A DNA stretch of 64,000 bases, taken from positions 1 through 64,000 of the IMG/VR virus record IMGVR_UViG_3300013372_003978; one strand, given 5' to 3'. The notes under the pieces were generated by a model. The model saw only the letters and a program-made list of their open reading frames with translations. It was not told the DNA's origin and made no database searches. This document shows, piece by piece, positions 1 through 14,100 of the stretch. Source of the stretch: a virus. The first letter of the stretch is position 1; each line of letters begins with the position of its first letter. A program made the translations under genes and the position numbers.

Positions 1-185
1 GGTATAGGATATGTTCCACCACTAATTTTAAATTTAATATCACTTCCTACAACCGTAAAGTTAGATACTCTTGAGGATAAAATACCTAGTTTAGCAGCAA
101 CCAATTCAGCAGTGTTTATAGTAGCAGAAACACCACCTATATAGGTATTAAATATTCCTCTGTAAGGTCCTATTCTTCCTGCCAT
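1..185 (-). CDS. Partial hypothetical (probably virion-associated) protein, runs off window start
   Basis: ATG at 185-183 overlaps the TAA of the upstream gene (TAATG coupling). Reads MAGRIGPYRGIFNTYIGGVSATINTAELVAAKLG... open to position 1. Confidence 0.7.
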   Translation of the reverse strand, partial: MAGRIGPYRGIFNTYIGGVSATINTAELVAAKLGILSSRVSNFTVVGSDIKFKISGGTYPI

Positions 186-892
186 TATAGTCCGAATCTT
201 GTTTTTGTTGCGTTATAGTTTTGTAATACTTCTTGGGGTGTAAGTGCTCTATTATATATTAATGTTTGTGCTATTTTACCAGTAAAATAAAACTGTGTTA
301 CTGCAGTACCTTTTATTGCCCCTATAGATATTGTATAATTTGTAATATTTGGTATATTGTTTGAAGTGACAATAAATAATTGGGAAATACCATTAATATA
401 AAGAGAAGTTGTTGAATTAATAGTGCCAATCGATTTTGTTGCTACTATATTATACCATTTATTTATTTGAATAACATTAGAAGTTGTTCTCATTCCATTT
501 CCCGTCCAAAACTCAACAGATACAGAACCAGGACCATTAATACCAATACATATTCCCATCCCAGTTAATGTTCCATCAGAATTTCCAATTAATGTAGTTG
601 CAATTTCGCCAGTAACAGATGTAGGATATATCCACGTTGATATAGTAGTATTAATATCTCCAGAAAATCCTAAGTTTTGTTGAGTTATAACATAATCATC
701 ACTCCCATCAAAAACAATATTACCACCATTTGCAGAATCAAAAGTTGGTCCATTTACTAAAGTACCATTATTTCCTCCACGAGATAAGTCATTCCAAGTG
801 GTTGAACCACTTACGATAGATTTAGAGTTAGCGGCATCAAGATACAAAACCAACCCATCAGTTACTACTTTTGGTGAAAAATTAAATGCCAT
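185..892 (-). CDS. LamG/concanavalin-A-like lectin domain virion protein
   Basis: GLVLYLDAAN..S...W.DLS, FDGSDDY, WYNIVAT, LYING and IYNRALTPQEVLQNYNA motifs typical of phage LamG-like proteins. Confidence 0.85.
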   Translation of the reverse strand: MAFNFSPKVVTDGLVLYLDAANSKSIVSGSTTWNDLSRGGNNGTLVNGPTFDSANGGNIVFDGSDDYVITQQNLGFSGDINTTISTWIYPTSVTGEIATTLIGNSDGTLTGMGICIGINGPGSVSVEFWTGNGMRTTSNVIQINKWYNIVATKSIGTINSTTSLYINGISQLFIVTSNNIPNITNYTISIGAIKGTAVTQFYFTGKIAQTLIYNRALTPQEVLQNYNATKTRFGL

Positions 893-3800
893 TTATATAC
901 TTCTTATTATTGTTTTTACGGTCCAACTTCCAGTAGTTCCTGATGTTTTCAGAATTGCTGATGAACCGCTTATTATCATATTAAATGTTAAACCACTTGT
1001 ATTTCCAATATCATTTGTTGATGTTTCAGTATATTGAATTGTTGAACCACTCCAAATGCTCATTATATTCCCACCTCTAAGATTTGTTCCATCATTAATA
1101 GTATAATCGAAAAAAGCACCTGTATAAGCTGATGTTGGTATTGAATAAATATTTGTTGAACCAGTAGTTGCAACTATTTTAACTGTTGTATTTAATGATG
1201 GTGCTAAATAACTACCCATCAATACTGTATTATCTGAAAAAGCTTCTAGAACTGGTAAACCTGAAATATCATTCACACTAAATAATGAACCAGTAAGTGA
1301 ATCACTAACACTAAATAATTCCCCTTGTGAACCTTGAACACTAAATATAGGTAATGAAGTACTATTTCCAGAACCAATTACTTTTAATATATTTTGAGTA
1401 CTAGATGATATAACTACTGATGTTGCTACAACATCTTTTAAATAAGTTCTACCAGTAACTACCTCTATTGCTCTAAAATCATAAGCATTTGTAAGTGTAG
1501 GGTTAATATATAAACCTCTAGTAATACCACTAGTACCACCTGATTGAGCAATTTCAGGTGAAATATTAATTATGTTATATGTAGCATTACCAGTTGCTGG
1601 ATAAAATGGTACACTTAAAGTTAATAAATTTTGATTACCACTTGTATTGGAATATCTATTATTACTTGGGTCTCTTCTAGCTTTAATTCCGTCAACACCA
1701 CCATATAATAATGAAATATCAGTATCAACACCAACTTGTGATGATACAAGAACACCAGCATAAAGATAGTTAGGCATACTTACATTACCAGCAACATTTA
1801 AAGCATAACCATTTGGTAATGAATTAATACCAACACGTCCAATAGTTTGTGGACTAGTACTAGTATAACCAGTAGTAGTTGAATATAAACCATTAGCCCA
1901 AATAACACCACCAATATTAAGTGTATTTGTTGTTCCAGATGCAACACCAACCGTATTACCAATTACAACATTATTAGAACCTGAAAAATTAGTAGTATTA
2001 ATTCTACCAACATTATTTCCAATATATATAGAATATGGTGCTGTTATTGTATATGAACCACCCGAATAATTATTACTATTACCAGCATTAGCCCCCAACA
2101 TAATAGAATTAATAGAACCATTACTACCTAAACCAGCAGAATTACCAATAAAGGTAGAAAGCGTTGAATTGGCTGTATTATAACTAGCAAAAGTTCCTAT
2201 TGCAATTAAACTATTATTGTTACTACCATTAGCTAAATTAGCTGCAGTACCAATAGAAATAGCATCTGTACTAATAGCTTTAGCACCATCTCCAATAGCA
2301 AAACTTCTAAGACCTGTGGCGGTTGGAGAAGGATACGTTGTATTACCTGTATATTCTGCATATAAAGCTAAATTTTTTGCTTGACCTATTACTGAAAATG
2401 TACCACCTGTATTATTTGTAAATGTTGTTGTACCAGCTGATGAAACAAACGTACCACCAGTTACTGTTATATCTAATGGTAAGTTTAAATAAGTTGTTGC
2501 GGATACTGTTGTTGCTGTAATACCATCATTATTTAAATAAGTACCATTGGTTTGAAATGTTGTACCAGATATATAACCATCAGCTCTAATAAAACTAGTT
2601 ACATTGGTAGCAGCGTTCAGACCCTCAAGCAACCTAGTTACGTTATCAGCGTTGCCAGTACCATTTTTAATACTTAACGCACCTTCTCCCAAATTTGTTA
2701 CTATTTCAGGTGTTGATGAGTTGTTGTATGCTTGTTGAAGAGTTGTAGTTGATACACCACCTGTCCCACCAACCGATTCACCAAATTTTGATGCAAATGT
2801 TATTTTTGCTTGTGCTATATCAGTTAAAAGTGATGCATCTGACTTAACAGACAATATAGCAATTAATATTGCGTTATCTCTAAAGTTTGAAAAGGTTGTG
2901 AATGATTCTGTATTAACTGCTGCAATTGCAGTAGGTAAATCAAGATATTTTGTTTGACCATATTGTATTCTAATTTGACCATTTTGTAACAAATATATTC
3001 TTTGGTTTGTTGCTTGTTTTGCTGGTGAACCAATTGAAGTAATCACCCCATTCAAATCGTAATTTGCTGGGTCAATAGTTGTTATATTGGCAGCTGTACC
3101 ACCAGTTTGTGTTCTATATTGAAATGTAGTTGGTGATTTACCTGATATATTTAGACTACTTGGGTTAAGTAGGTCTGTTGCGAATCCAATACCTAAACCC
3201 CATAAAACTCCACTACTAGTATTAAAAGTCAACCCTGTATTTGGGCTTGGGTAAACATTTTCATTTATCAGTTTGATTGGTGTGAACATATCACGAATCT
3301 GTGATATTGGTGATACTTCAAAATCAGGTTCATTAAATGCATTGATAAGACTAGTTCTATTTCCATGACCCATTTTAGCCAAATAAATACTTTGTCTTCT
3401 TTGTTGCGGTGTCGGAAATGTTACTTGTTGTGTCAACGTACCAGCACTTGTAAGTAACAAATATGTTTGAGTTGCTGAACTATAATAAAGTGATGGAATA
3501 TTTGTTTGACCAGTATACTTAACATAAACAACATCAGGGAGCAAAGGGTTTGTAGTGTTATCAACAATCCATCCTTCTGCTGGGCTAACATTAAATGTGG
3601 TGCTTGAAGCTAACGATATTCCACTAAAATTAAAAACACCAGTTGAAATCACATTACCTTCTAATATGTTTCGTTGCAAATCCGTCAAAGATAAATTGTT
3701 ATTTTCATTAACAGGATTAACAAATAATTTTCCAGTTGTTGTACCAGTTTGGATAATATAACCAATAGCATTGGTTCTAGCGGTTAATGGAAAGTTAATA

Positions 3801-4504
3801 AATTCTGTAGCGTTTTTAAATTCACCAGGTGTTGTATCTGAAGCATAAATCAATGAACCTATACTAGCACCAGTTACAGTAATGTTGCTAATAATACCAT
3901 AAGTCAAAACAATACCTTCTGAATTGTTTGGTATTATTTCAGCAGAAACTCCGACAACATCTCTATCATTATAATGTCGATTAACAGCGAGTTGAACAGC
4001 TGGTAAACCGCTATAAGTAGATAAAAGCTCAATACCTTTTCCTTTTTGAATATCTAAACCACTATTGTTGAATACTCTTAAGTAATTTTGTTGACCTAAA
4101 TTTACAGTAACCCCTTGATTTACTGATGTATTATATGATAAAGCTTTTTCTGTGTTATCAAAATATACAGTTCCTGGTACGGTAGTAGCACTAGTTGTTC
4201 CAGTATTAAATACGATATAATCAACTTTATTAATACTAGTTGCACTAATTGTATTTGCCAATATTGTATTTGCCGATATTGTATTTGCAGTAACTCCGTT
4301 AGTAAATATAGTTGGTCCTGTTATTATTCCACCTGTAATATCTAACATTCGAACCCAATTAAAAATACCATCTGTATTGTGATATTTAAATGCTGTATAT
4401 AAATCAGTATATTCAGACCCTAAAGGTGATATATGGTCAGGTATTCCATAACCTGTTTGAATTAATATTGGGGCTAAATCAAATGAATTTATTTGTGTAG
4501 ACAT
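893..4504 (-). CDS. Modular tail fibre/virion structural protein (1203 aa)
   Basis: G/T/S/N-rich. Has a VTGGT..GT..F.NNTGGTF shaft motif, degenerate IG..AG repeats and a GSNNVVIG...NIGGVI...GRVGIN cap shared with the other fibres here. Confidence 0.75.
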   Translation of the reverse strand: MSTQINSFDLAPILIQTGYGIPDHISPLGSEYTDLYTAFKYHNTDGIFNWVRMLDITGGIITGPTIFTNGVTANTISANTILANTISATSINKVDYIVFNTGTTSATTVPGTVYFDNTEKALSYNTSVNQGVTVNLGQQNYLRVFNNSGLDIQKGKGIELLSTYSGLPAVQLAVNRHYNDRDVVGVSAEIIPNNSEGIVLTYGIISNITVTGASIGSLIYASDTTPGEFKNATEFINFPLTARTNAIGYIIQTGTTTGKLFVNPVNENNNLSLTDLQRNILEGNVISTGVFNFSGISLASSTTFNVSPAEGWIVDNTTNPLLPDVVYVKYTGQTNIPSLYYSSATQTYLLLTSAGTLTQQVTFPTPQQRRQSIYLAKMGHGNRTSLINAFNEPDFEVSPISQIRDMFTPIKLINENVYPSPNTGLTFNTSSGVLWGLGIGFATDLLNPSSLNISGKSPTTFQYRTQTGGTAANITTIDPANYDLNGVITSIGSPAKQATNQRIYLLQNGQIRIQYGQTKYLDLPTAIAAVNTESFTTFSNFRDNAILIAILSVKSDASLLTDIAQAKITFASKFGESVGGTGGVSTTTLQQAYNNSSTPEIVTNLGEGALSIKNGTGNADNVTRLLEGLNAATNVTSFIRADGYISGTTFQTNGTYLNNDGITATTVSATTYLNLPLDITVTGGTFVSSAGTTTFTNNTGGTFSVIGQAKNLALYAEYTGNTTYPSPTATGLRSFAIGDGAKAISTDAISIGTAANLANGSNNNSLIAIGTFASYNTANSTLSTFIGNSAGLGSNGSINSIMLGANAGNSNNYSGGSYTITAPYSIYIGNNVGRINTTNFSGSNNVVIGNTVGVASGTTNTLNIGGVIWANGLYSTTTGYTSTSPQTIGRVGINSLPNGYALNVAGNVSMPNYLYAGVLVSSQVGVDTDISLLYGGVDGIKARRDPSNNRYSNTSGNQNLLTLSVPFYPATGNATYNIINISPEIAQSGGTSGITRGLYINPTLTNAYDFRAIEVVTGRTYLKDVVATSVVISSSTQNILKVIGSGNSTSLPIFSVQGSQGELFSVSDSLTGSLFSVNDISGLPVLEAFSDNTVLMGSYLAPSLNTTVKIVATTGSTNIYSIPTSAYTGAFFDYTINDGTNLRGGNIMSIWSGSTIQYTETSTNDIGNTSGLTFNMIISGSSAILKTSGTTGSWTVKTIIRSI

Positions 4505-4522
4505 TTTTTTATTTTTTTTGTT

Positions 4523-4858
4523 TTAAACTATGGTATTATCTATGCTTTTAAAGCAATGGTTTTTATCTAATTTGTCCAATACCCAAACTAATGTTTTACC
4601 TGCTTTTGTTAAGGTGTTTGTTAATTCATTTTTCCCCAAAACTGAAGATATTGTTTCGTTTATATTTCCAAATTTATATCCGTCTTTGGTTATTAAGGTT
4701 TTATTTAATAAAGTCCTAAACTCTCGATTACCAAATTTATCTAAGTTTATTGCACTGCTTAAAAAATAACCTGATTTGTTTTTAACAAAAAACAAATTTA
4801 GTAATGATAGTGGTAGATACAATATGTATGCTACCAAAAATAGTATAAAATTTATCAT
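4523..4858 (-). CDS. Small membrane protein (N-terminal TM helix, ETISSVLG motif)
   Basis: Hydrophobic N-terminus and a D..GN...GN.NETISSVLGKN motif seen in phage membrane hypotheticals. Confidence 0.65.
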   Translation of the reverse strand: MINFILFLVAYILYLPLSLLNLFFVKNKSGYFLSSAINLDKFGNREFRTLLNKTLITKDGYKFGNINETISSVLGKNELTNTLTKAGKTLVWVLDKLDKNHCFKSIDNTIV

Positions 4859-5049
4859 AGTCCTGATTGATTATTTATTTGTGATGTGCTTATAAATTCT
4901 TGACCTAATTCAAGTAACCTATCAATTAATTCTTGTTCTGTTTCAAAGTATTCAAGAAATGGTTGTCCTGTTGTAACAATTTGATTTTCTTGAAGACTAC
5001 TATAATGAAATACATCGACTCCATTATGTGCTAAATAAAATTTGTTCAT
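4855..5049 (-). CDS. Small hypothetical protein (64 aa)
   Basis: Co-oriented and overlaps the next gene start by 4 nt; A-rich leader. Confidence 0.65.
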   Translation of the reverse strand: MNKFYLAHNGVDVFHYSSLQENQIVTTGQPFLEYFETEQELIDRLLELGQEFISTSQINNQSGL

Positions 5050-5059
5050 ATTATTTAAA

Positions 5060-7647
<2,588 letters not shown>

Positions 7648-7653
7648 AAATTA

Positions 7654-8106
7654 TTATGCTTGATAATCCGCTCCGTGACAAGTTATGATTGTTCTAAAGG
7701 TTGATAATGAAGCTAATGGTGAAAATTTTAAAACATCATTTGGTTGCATAGGGATATATCGTTTACCAGTATTATCGATTGGTAAACCTGTTATGTTCAC
7801 CCCATCCAAAAAATCAATATTTCTTGTACCTGTAATGTTACCAGCACTAACAGCCATAGGAACTAATCCTAATGGTACTACTGTCGAACCTCTTAATATA
7901 TATGTAAATATATTAGAACCCCCTGCTGTTGAAAAAGTTGTTGAACCCATTACTGAATATACTCTACCACCTAAGGTACCAGCAGTATATGCTGGAAACC
8001 CACCATTATCTGTACCTAACGTACCAAGTGTTGTTCCTGTCATAAAAGCGATACCGCTATTTAATACGTTTGCTAAAATTGGAATTTGTCCGTTTGTTAA
8101 AGCCAT
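7654..8106 (-). CDS. Hypothetical virion protein (150 aa)
   Basis: Co-oriented in the fibre operon, beta-rich G/T composition, MA start after an A-rich leader. Confidence 0.7.
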   Translation of the reverse strand: MALTNGQIPILANVLNSGIAFMTGTTLGTLGTDNGGFPAYTAGTLGGRVYSVMGSTTFSTAGGSNIFTYILRGSTVVPLGLVPMAVSAGNITGTRNIDFLDGVNITGLPIDNTGKRYIPMQPNDVLKFSPLASLSTFRTIITCHGADYQA

Positions 8107-8134
8107 TTTATTTTAATTTTATTTTATTGTTATT

Positions 8135-11100
8135 TTAATAATTATATAATGTTCTAAATAATGATACCATCATAAAATCTAAATCACCACCTTCTATTGT
8201 TGTTGCACTAAATGTATTTGCACTTACTCCATTTGTAAAGGTTGTTGGTCCTGATACTGTACCACCAGTAAATGTACCACCACCAGTTGATGTGCTAAAA
8301 CCAGTTACACTAAATGTACCACCAGTATTATTACTAAACACTGCTGTACCAGCTGAATATGTACCACCAGTAACTCTAATATCTAATGGTAAACCTAGAT
8401 ATGTTGTTGCACTAAATGTACTAGCACTTACTCCATTTGTAAATATTGTTGAACCAGTTACGGTTCCACCAGTAAAACTAACACCTGTTGATGTACTAAA
8501 TCCAGTTACACTAAATGTACCTCCTGTGTTATTACTAAACACAGCTGTACCAGCTGAATAAGTACCACCAGTTACACGCACATCAACAGGAAGATTATAA
8601 TATGTTGTTGCTGATATTGTTGTTGCTGTTAAATTACCATTGATAAGAGTATTACCAGATACATGCAATGCTTGACTTGGATTAACCACATTAATACCAA
8701 TTCTACCTTGTGTTTGTGCGGATATACTTGGAATACCTGTTGTTATTTCATATGTATTTGCTCCAAATAACACACCACCTATATTGATTGAATTTGTTGT
8801 TAATGTAGGTAATGATATATTTGTACCGATAATAATATTATTTGAGCCAATACTGTCTAAAACATCACCTCTACCAACATTATAACCAAATAAATTTGAA
8901 TAACTAGCAATTGTTGCTTGATAACCAGCATTTCTACCAAAGAAATTTGAATGATTAGCATTTGTCGCAACAATACCAGCTAGACTACCAAAGAAATTTG
9001 AATAACTAGCATTTGGTGCATTCAAACCAGCACTATTACCAATGAAAGTTGAACCACTGGCATTGGTTGATTGATAACCAGCACTAGCACCAATAAAATT
9101 TGAAAGACTTGCTTTTGTTGCTTGATAACCAGCTTGATAACCAATAAAAGTTGAACCACTGGCACTTGTTGCATTTTGACCAGCATATTGACCAAAGAAA
9201 TTTGATTGATTAGCATTTGCTGCTTGATAACCAGCAGCACTACCTATAAAGTTTGAATTACTAGCACCAGTTGCTTGATAACCAGCACTTATTCCAAAGA
9301 AATTTGAATTAGTAGCATTTGTTGCACTATATCCAGCTAGATTACCAATGAAATTTGAATAAGATGCATTAGTTGCTTGATAACCAGCAGCATAACCAAA
9401 GAAATTTGATTGATTAGCATAAAATGCACCAGAACCAGCACCAAAACCTAAGAAATTTGAACCATAAGCACTACTAGCTTGATAACCAGCATTATAACCA
9501 AAGAAATTTGAATTATTAGCACCTGTTGCTGCATAACCAGCCTGTTGACCTAAGAAATTTGAATTAGGTGCGTTTGTTGCAAATTGACCCGTACTATCAC
9601 CAAAAAAGTTTGAATTAGAAGCACCTGTTGCGTTATAACCAGCATTCTTACCTATAAAATTTGAGCTAGCAGCGTTGGTGGCACCATTACCAGCTTGATA
9701 ACCCATAAAGTTTGAATAACTAGCAAGTGTTGCCCCATTACCAGCACTACTACCAAAGAAATTTGAATAACTAGCACCTGTTGCACTTGTACCAGCACCA
9801 GCACCAAAGAAATTTGAACGATTAGCATTTGTTGCATTATAACCAGCCTGATTACCAAAGAAATTTGAGTTATTTGCATTTGTTGCTTCATTACCAGCAT
9901 TTCGACCTAAGAAATTTGAGTTATTAGCACCTGTTGCACCATAACCAGCATTTTCACCTAAGAAATTTGAAAATTGAGCACCTGTTGCACCATAACCAGC
10001 AGCACTACCAAAGAAATTTGAACGATAAGCATCATATGCACCAACACCAGCAAAATAACCCATAAAATTTGATTCATAAGCACCTGTTGCTAATCTACCA
10101 GCATTTTTACCAATAAAGTTTGATTGATTAGCACTTGTTGCACTAAAACCAGCTGAATCACCAATGAAATTTGAACCACCAGCGTATGTTGCATAAGCAC
10201 CAGCAGCAGTACCTAAAAAATTTGAATTAGAAGCATCTGTTGCTTGAAAACCAGCCAGAAAACCAAATATTACGCTATTATTTTTAAATCTATTTATTTC
10301 AAAATAATCAACATATGTTGTATTATCACTTGTTCCAGTTATATTTGAACCTAATACGATTGAATTATCACCAGTAACAACACTATTTGAACCAAACACA
10401 AATGCAGGTTTTTGAAATGAAGTAGGTAAATCATAATATGGGCTACCACTAATTGTTATATATGATGTTAATAGTATATTAGCATCAACAATATATGTAT
10501 CAACCCCATCATAATATATGTCTGTTAAAGTATAATCATATAATGTATAGGTATTTCCAACCCCATCATCAATGACAAATAAGCTTTCACTACCATATGG
10601 TCCATAAAAATAATTATACCATTCAGAATATACATCAACACCAGCAAATACAACAGCATAGCTTGCATAATATGGGTCTGATGATGTCATAGTTATACCA
10701 GATATAACAGTTATCTGTGTTTTAACTGGTAATATTTCAAAACCATCGGCTATTGAATTAATACCTAAAGCAACACTATATTGTGAATTAGCAGAATTCC
10801 CACTACCACCAGCCAATGCACCTTTACCACCAGCTAATGAATTACTATTACTTTGAACAACAGAATTTAATCCAGTTCCACCAGACCAATACTCATTACC
10901 AATACTAAAACCACTTATATTAAATGTACCACCTGTATTATTTGTAAATACTGTTGTCCCAAAACCATATGTACCACCAGTAACTCTAATATCGGTTGGT
11001 AAACCTAAATAAGTTGTTGCACTAAATGTATTTGCTGTTAAACCATTAGTAAATAAAGTACTACCAGTAACAGTACCTCCAGTAAATGGTGTTGTAAATC

Positions 11101-14100
11101 CAGTTATATTAAATGTACCACCTGTATTATTATTTAAAATAATTGTTCCAGAACTATACGTACCACCAGTAAATGAATTTAAAAATCTAGAATCGTTGTC
11201 ACCAACAGCGATTGGAACACTTGCACTTAATGGGTTAACACTTAATCTTGTTAATCCTTTAACACTACTTGAAGCGTCAGATATCCATCCGTCTAATTTA
11301 CCAAATGTGTCAGCTTTAGGTATTGCACTTGCCGATGGTGTTGAAGTTGCTATTTCATCCGCACCACCATTTTGATGTCTTGATGCATGAGATTCAACGG
11401 TAACACCGTTTACTGTCAAAGCACTAAAGATTGTATTACCACCCATAGATAAATTACCAGTCATGGCTCTAGCACCATCAACTAACAAATATTGTGTATG
11501 GTCATCAGCGTTTAACCCCAATAAATTACCATGTACAGCCGATGCACTTACACCAGCTGCCTTAAAACCAATTACTGGTCTAATATCTTGAATTTCGGTA
11601 ATACCACTAAAACCTTGTTGAATATATATACTTGCAATTGATGTTACACTATCATTAAAATAAGTTGGTGGTGTTGGTAAATCACCCCCCTCAACTTCTA
11701 CTAGCGTTGTATAATATGTTTGACCTAACACTAACATATACTCTTCATTTAATCCATCACCAACAACATATAATGTGTGTTTTGTAAAAGAACTAAGAGG
11801 CAATGTTGTGATAAAACCACTATTGTCATCATAACCATTAATAACTTCGGTTGTACCAGTAGTAATCCAACCAGCACCACCATCTCTGTAGTACTGTGTA
11901 AAATTAACATTTGTACCACCACTAGGTAAAAAATTATCTTCTGAAAAATAATAATCACCAGAAGAAATGTTTAAATGATATGGGGTTGCGTTTTCAGTAA
12001 CTAAAGAACCAGTGACATATATAGAACCTAACGCATTTCTATTAAACGTAGATAATAAGTTAGAGGTATGTTTAGCATTATATGGTGTTGCGTCAATAAA
12101 CCTTACGGTTGTTGAATCTGTCACTGCTCTACCTAATATAATGTTGTTTATATTATCTGGTGAATTACTAGATGTGGATAAAATTTCATTTTCATTAAAA
12201 TAAAGGTAATTTTCACTATTTGCTGATAATGTTATTTGAGTGTTACCCCAATCAATCCTCATGTGTACACCATTATTTATTGTTTTTTCTAAATAACCAA
12301 AACCTGAAGATACTTCAAAGGTTAACCCACTTACATGTGTGATAACACCACCTTCAATAAGACCCATAGTAGCACCTTCAAAAATAAGTGTTGATGCATC
12401 GGTATGTGTCCCATCTTGGAAAGTTACGGATATTTTACGAGTCACCTCAAATTCACCATCTTCTACATCTAAAAATGCCCAATAAATATCATCACTAAGA
12501 TTGTTTATTTTAACGTGAGAAGAACTACCACCACCAAACGTACCGAAAGTATTTGGATGTTCAATCGATAAATCCCAAACCAAAGAATCAACAATGCTTA
12601 GTGAATCAATATCAAATCTTGCTGGTCCACCATTATTTAAAACCCTAACAGCATAACCCCAATTATAGGATGTGGTTGACATTGTATTTAATGATGCGTA
12701 ATCAAAGATTTGATAATTTGTTGAACCCGATACACCATTACCGATACCATCACCAACAAAAACACTCAATGTTGCACCACTACCTTGAACACTATTCGCA
12801 ATGGTTGTTCCTGTTCCAGTTGGAAAATTATAATAATTCTCCATATTAGCCAAAGCACCATAACCGTTATATGCGATTATTTTGGTACCATAAGAATATT
12901 CACCGTTAAAATCTAAATATTCACCATAGAATGTAGTGTCCTGAGTATGAGATTCAATCCAAACGTTTGTATCACAATCGGTAAATGATATTTTATGTGC
13001 TTGTGCATAATCACCAATATCATTAACATAAATAGCCGCATAACCAATAGGTGCACCAGATAAAGCTAAAAATGATATTTCGTTGTTTTGACCAATTTTA
13101 AATATATGTTGTGTGTTGGTATTAGGTACAATTTGTGATGTAATAATGTTGCTACCTTCAACACTAACATAAGGTTTTCCAGTCAAATCTATTTCATCTT
13201 CGGTAAATTTACCTGGACCTACTGAAACCAAAAACCTATTATCAATTGATGAACCAGTTATCGAATCAACCGCAGATTTAACAGATGTAAAATCACCACC
13301 TTTTTTAGCTACAGTAATAATTCTAGGGTCTTGATTAACCTCATACAACGGAGCGTTGATGTTGATTAATGTCTTTGAATAGTTATCAGTACCTTGTATT
13401 TTACCTGTGGCACCAGAATGAATTATATTAACATCTTTTGTACAATTTTCAAAATTAAGTGCAATGGCTTCAATACTTGGTGCAGAACCTATTTGAGGCA
13501 CATAAATACCAGTTTCCCATCTTTGGAAATTAACTGCGGTTAATCTTAATGAACCCCCGTTCTCAACCCAAAATCCAGTACCAGCAGCAGAACCAGTTGC
13601 TTTTGTTAATAAACAACCGTTTACAATAAAAGCACAACTTGGTTGGTCAGCTTTAGCAAAAATCAATCCAGATGTTGTTGTAACACCACCGTTTGTAGAT
13701 GTTACGTTTCTTAATTGCATTCTACCAACACCAGAACCATCATTTGTAACATAAAAACCTAATGTAAATGGGTATCCACCATACTTTACATTAGAACATT
13801 GCATGATACAATTTCCACCACCAGTACCAACTGTTTTAGCGTGTGTATAGTTACTACCAAACCTAACATTCTCCACATAAAAAATTGCATTTAACTGTGG
13901 GATTGTTGGTGATGAATAAAAAACAGCCGCTACGTTAGTACCTGTACAACCTTGAATTTGTACATCACTAACCATTGATTGGTCAGCACCTATAATCAAT
14001 GATGTGTTAGGGTTATTAGCTTGTATGATTGTATTAGTCTCGCTCTCACCAATAACATCAACATATGATTTCATTGTTATTGGGTCTTCATAAAAGACAC

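Noticed and set aside
8860-10275. Regular 51-bp periodicity resembling a CRISPR array (also 28000-30350 and 39170-39765)
   Set aside because: Units are in-frame coding repeats with short interspersed variable codons. There is no repeat-spacer structure and no cas gene.
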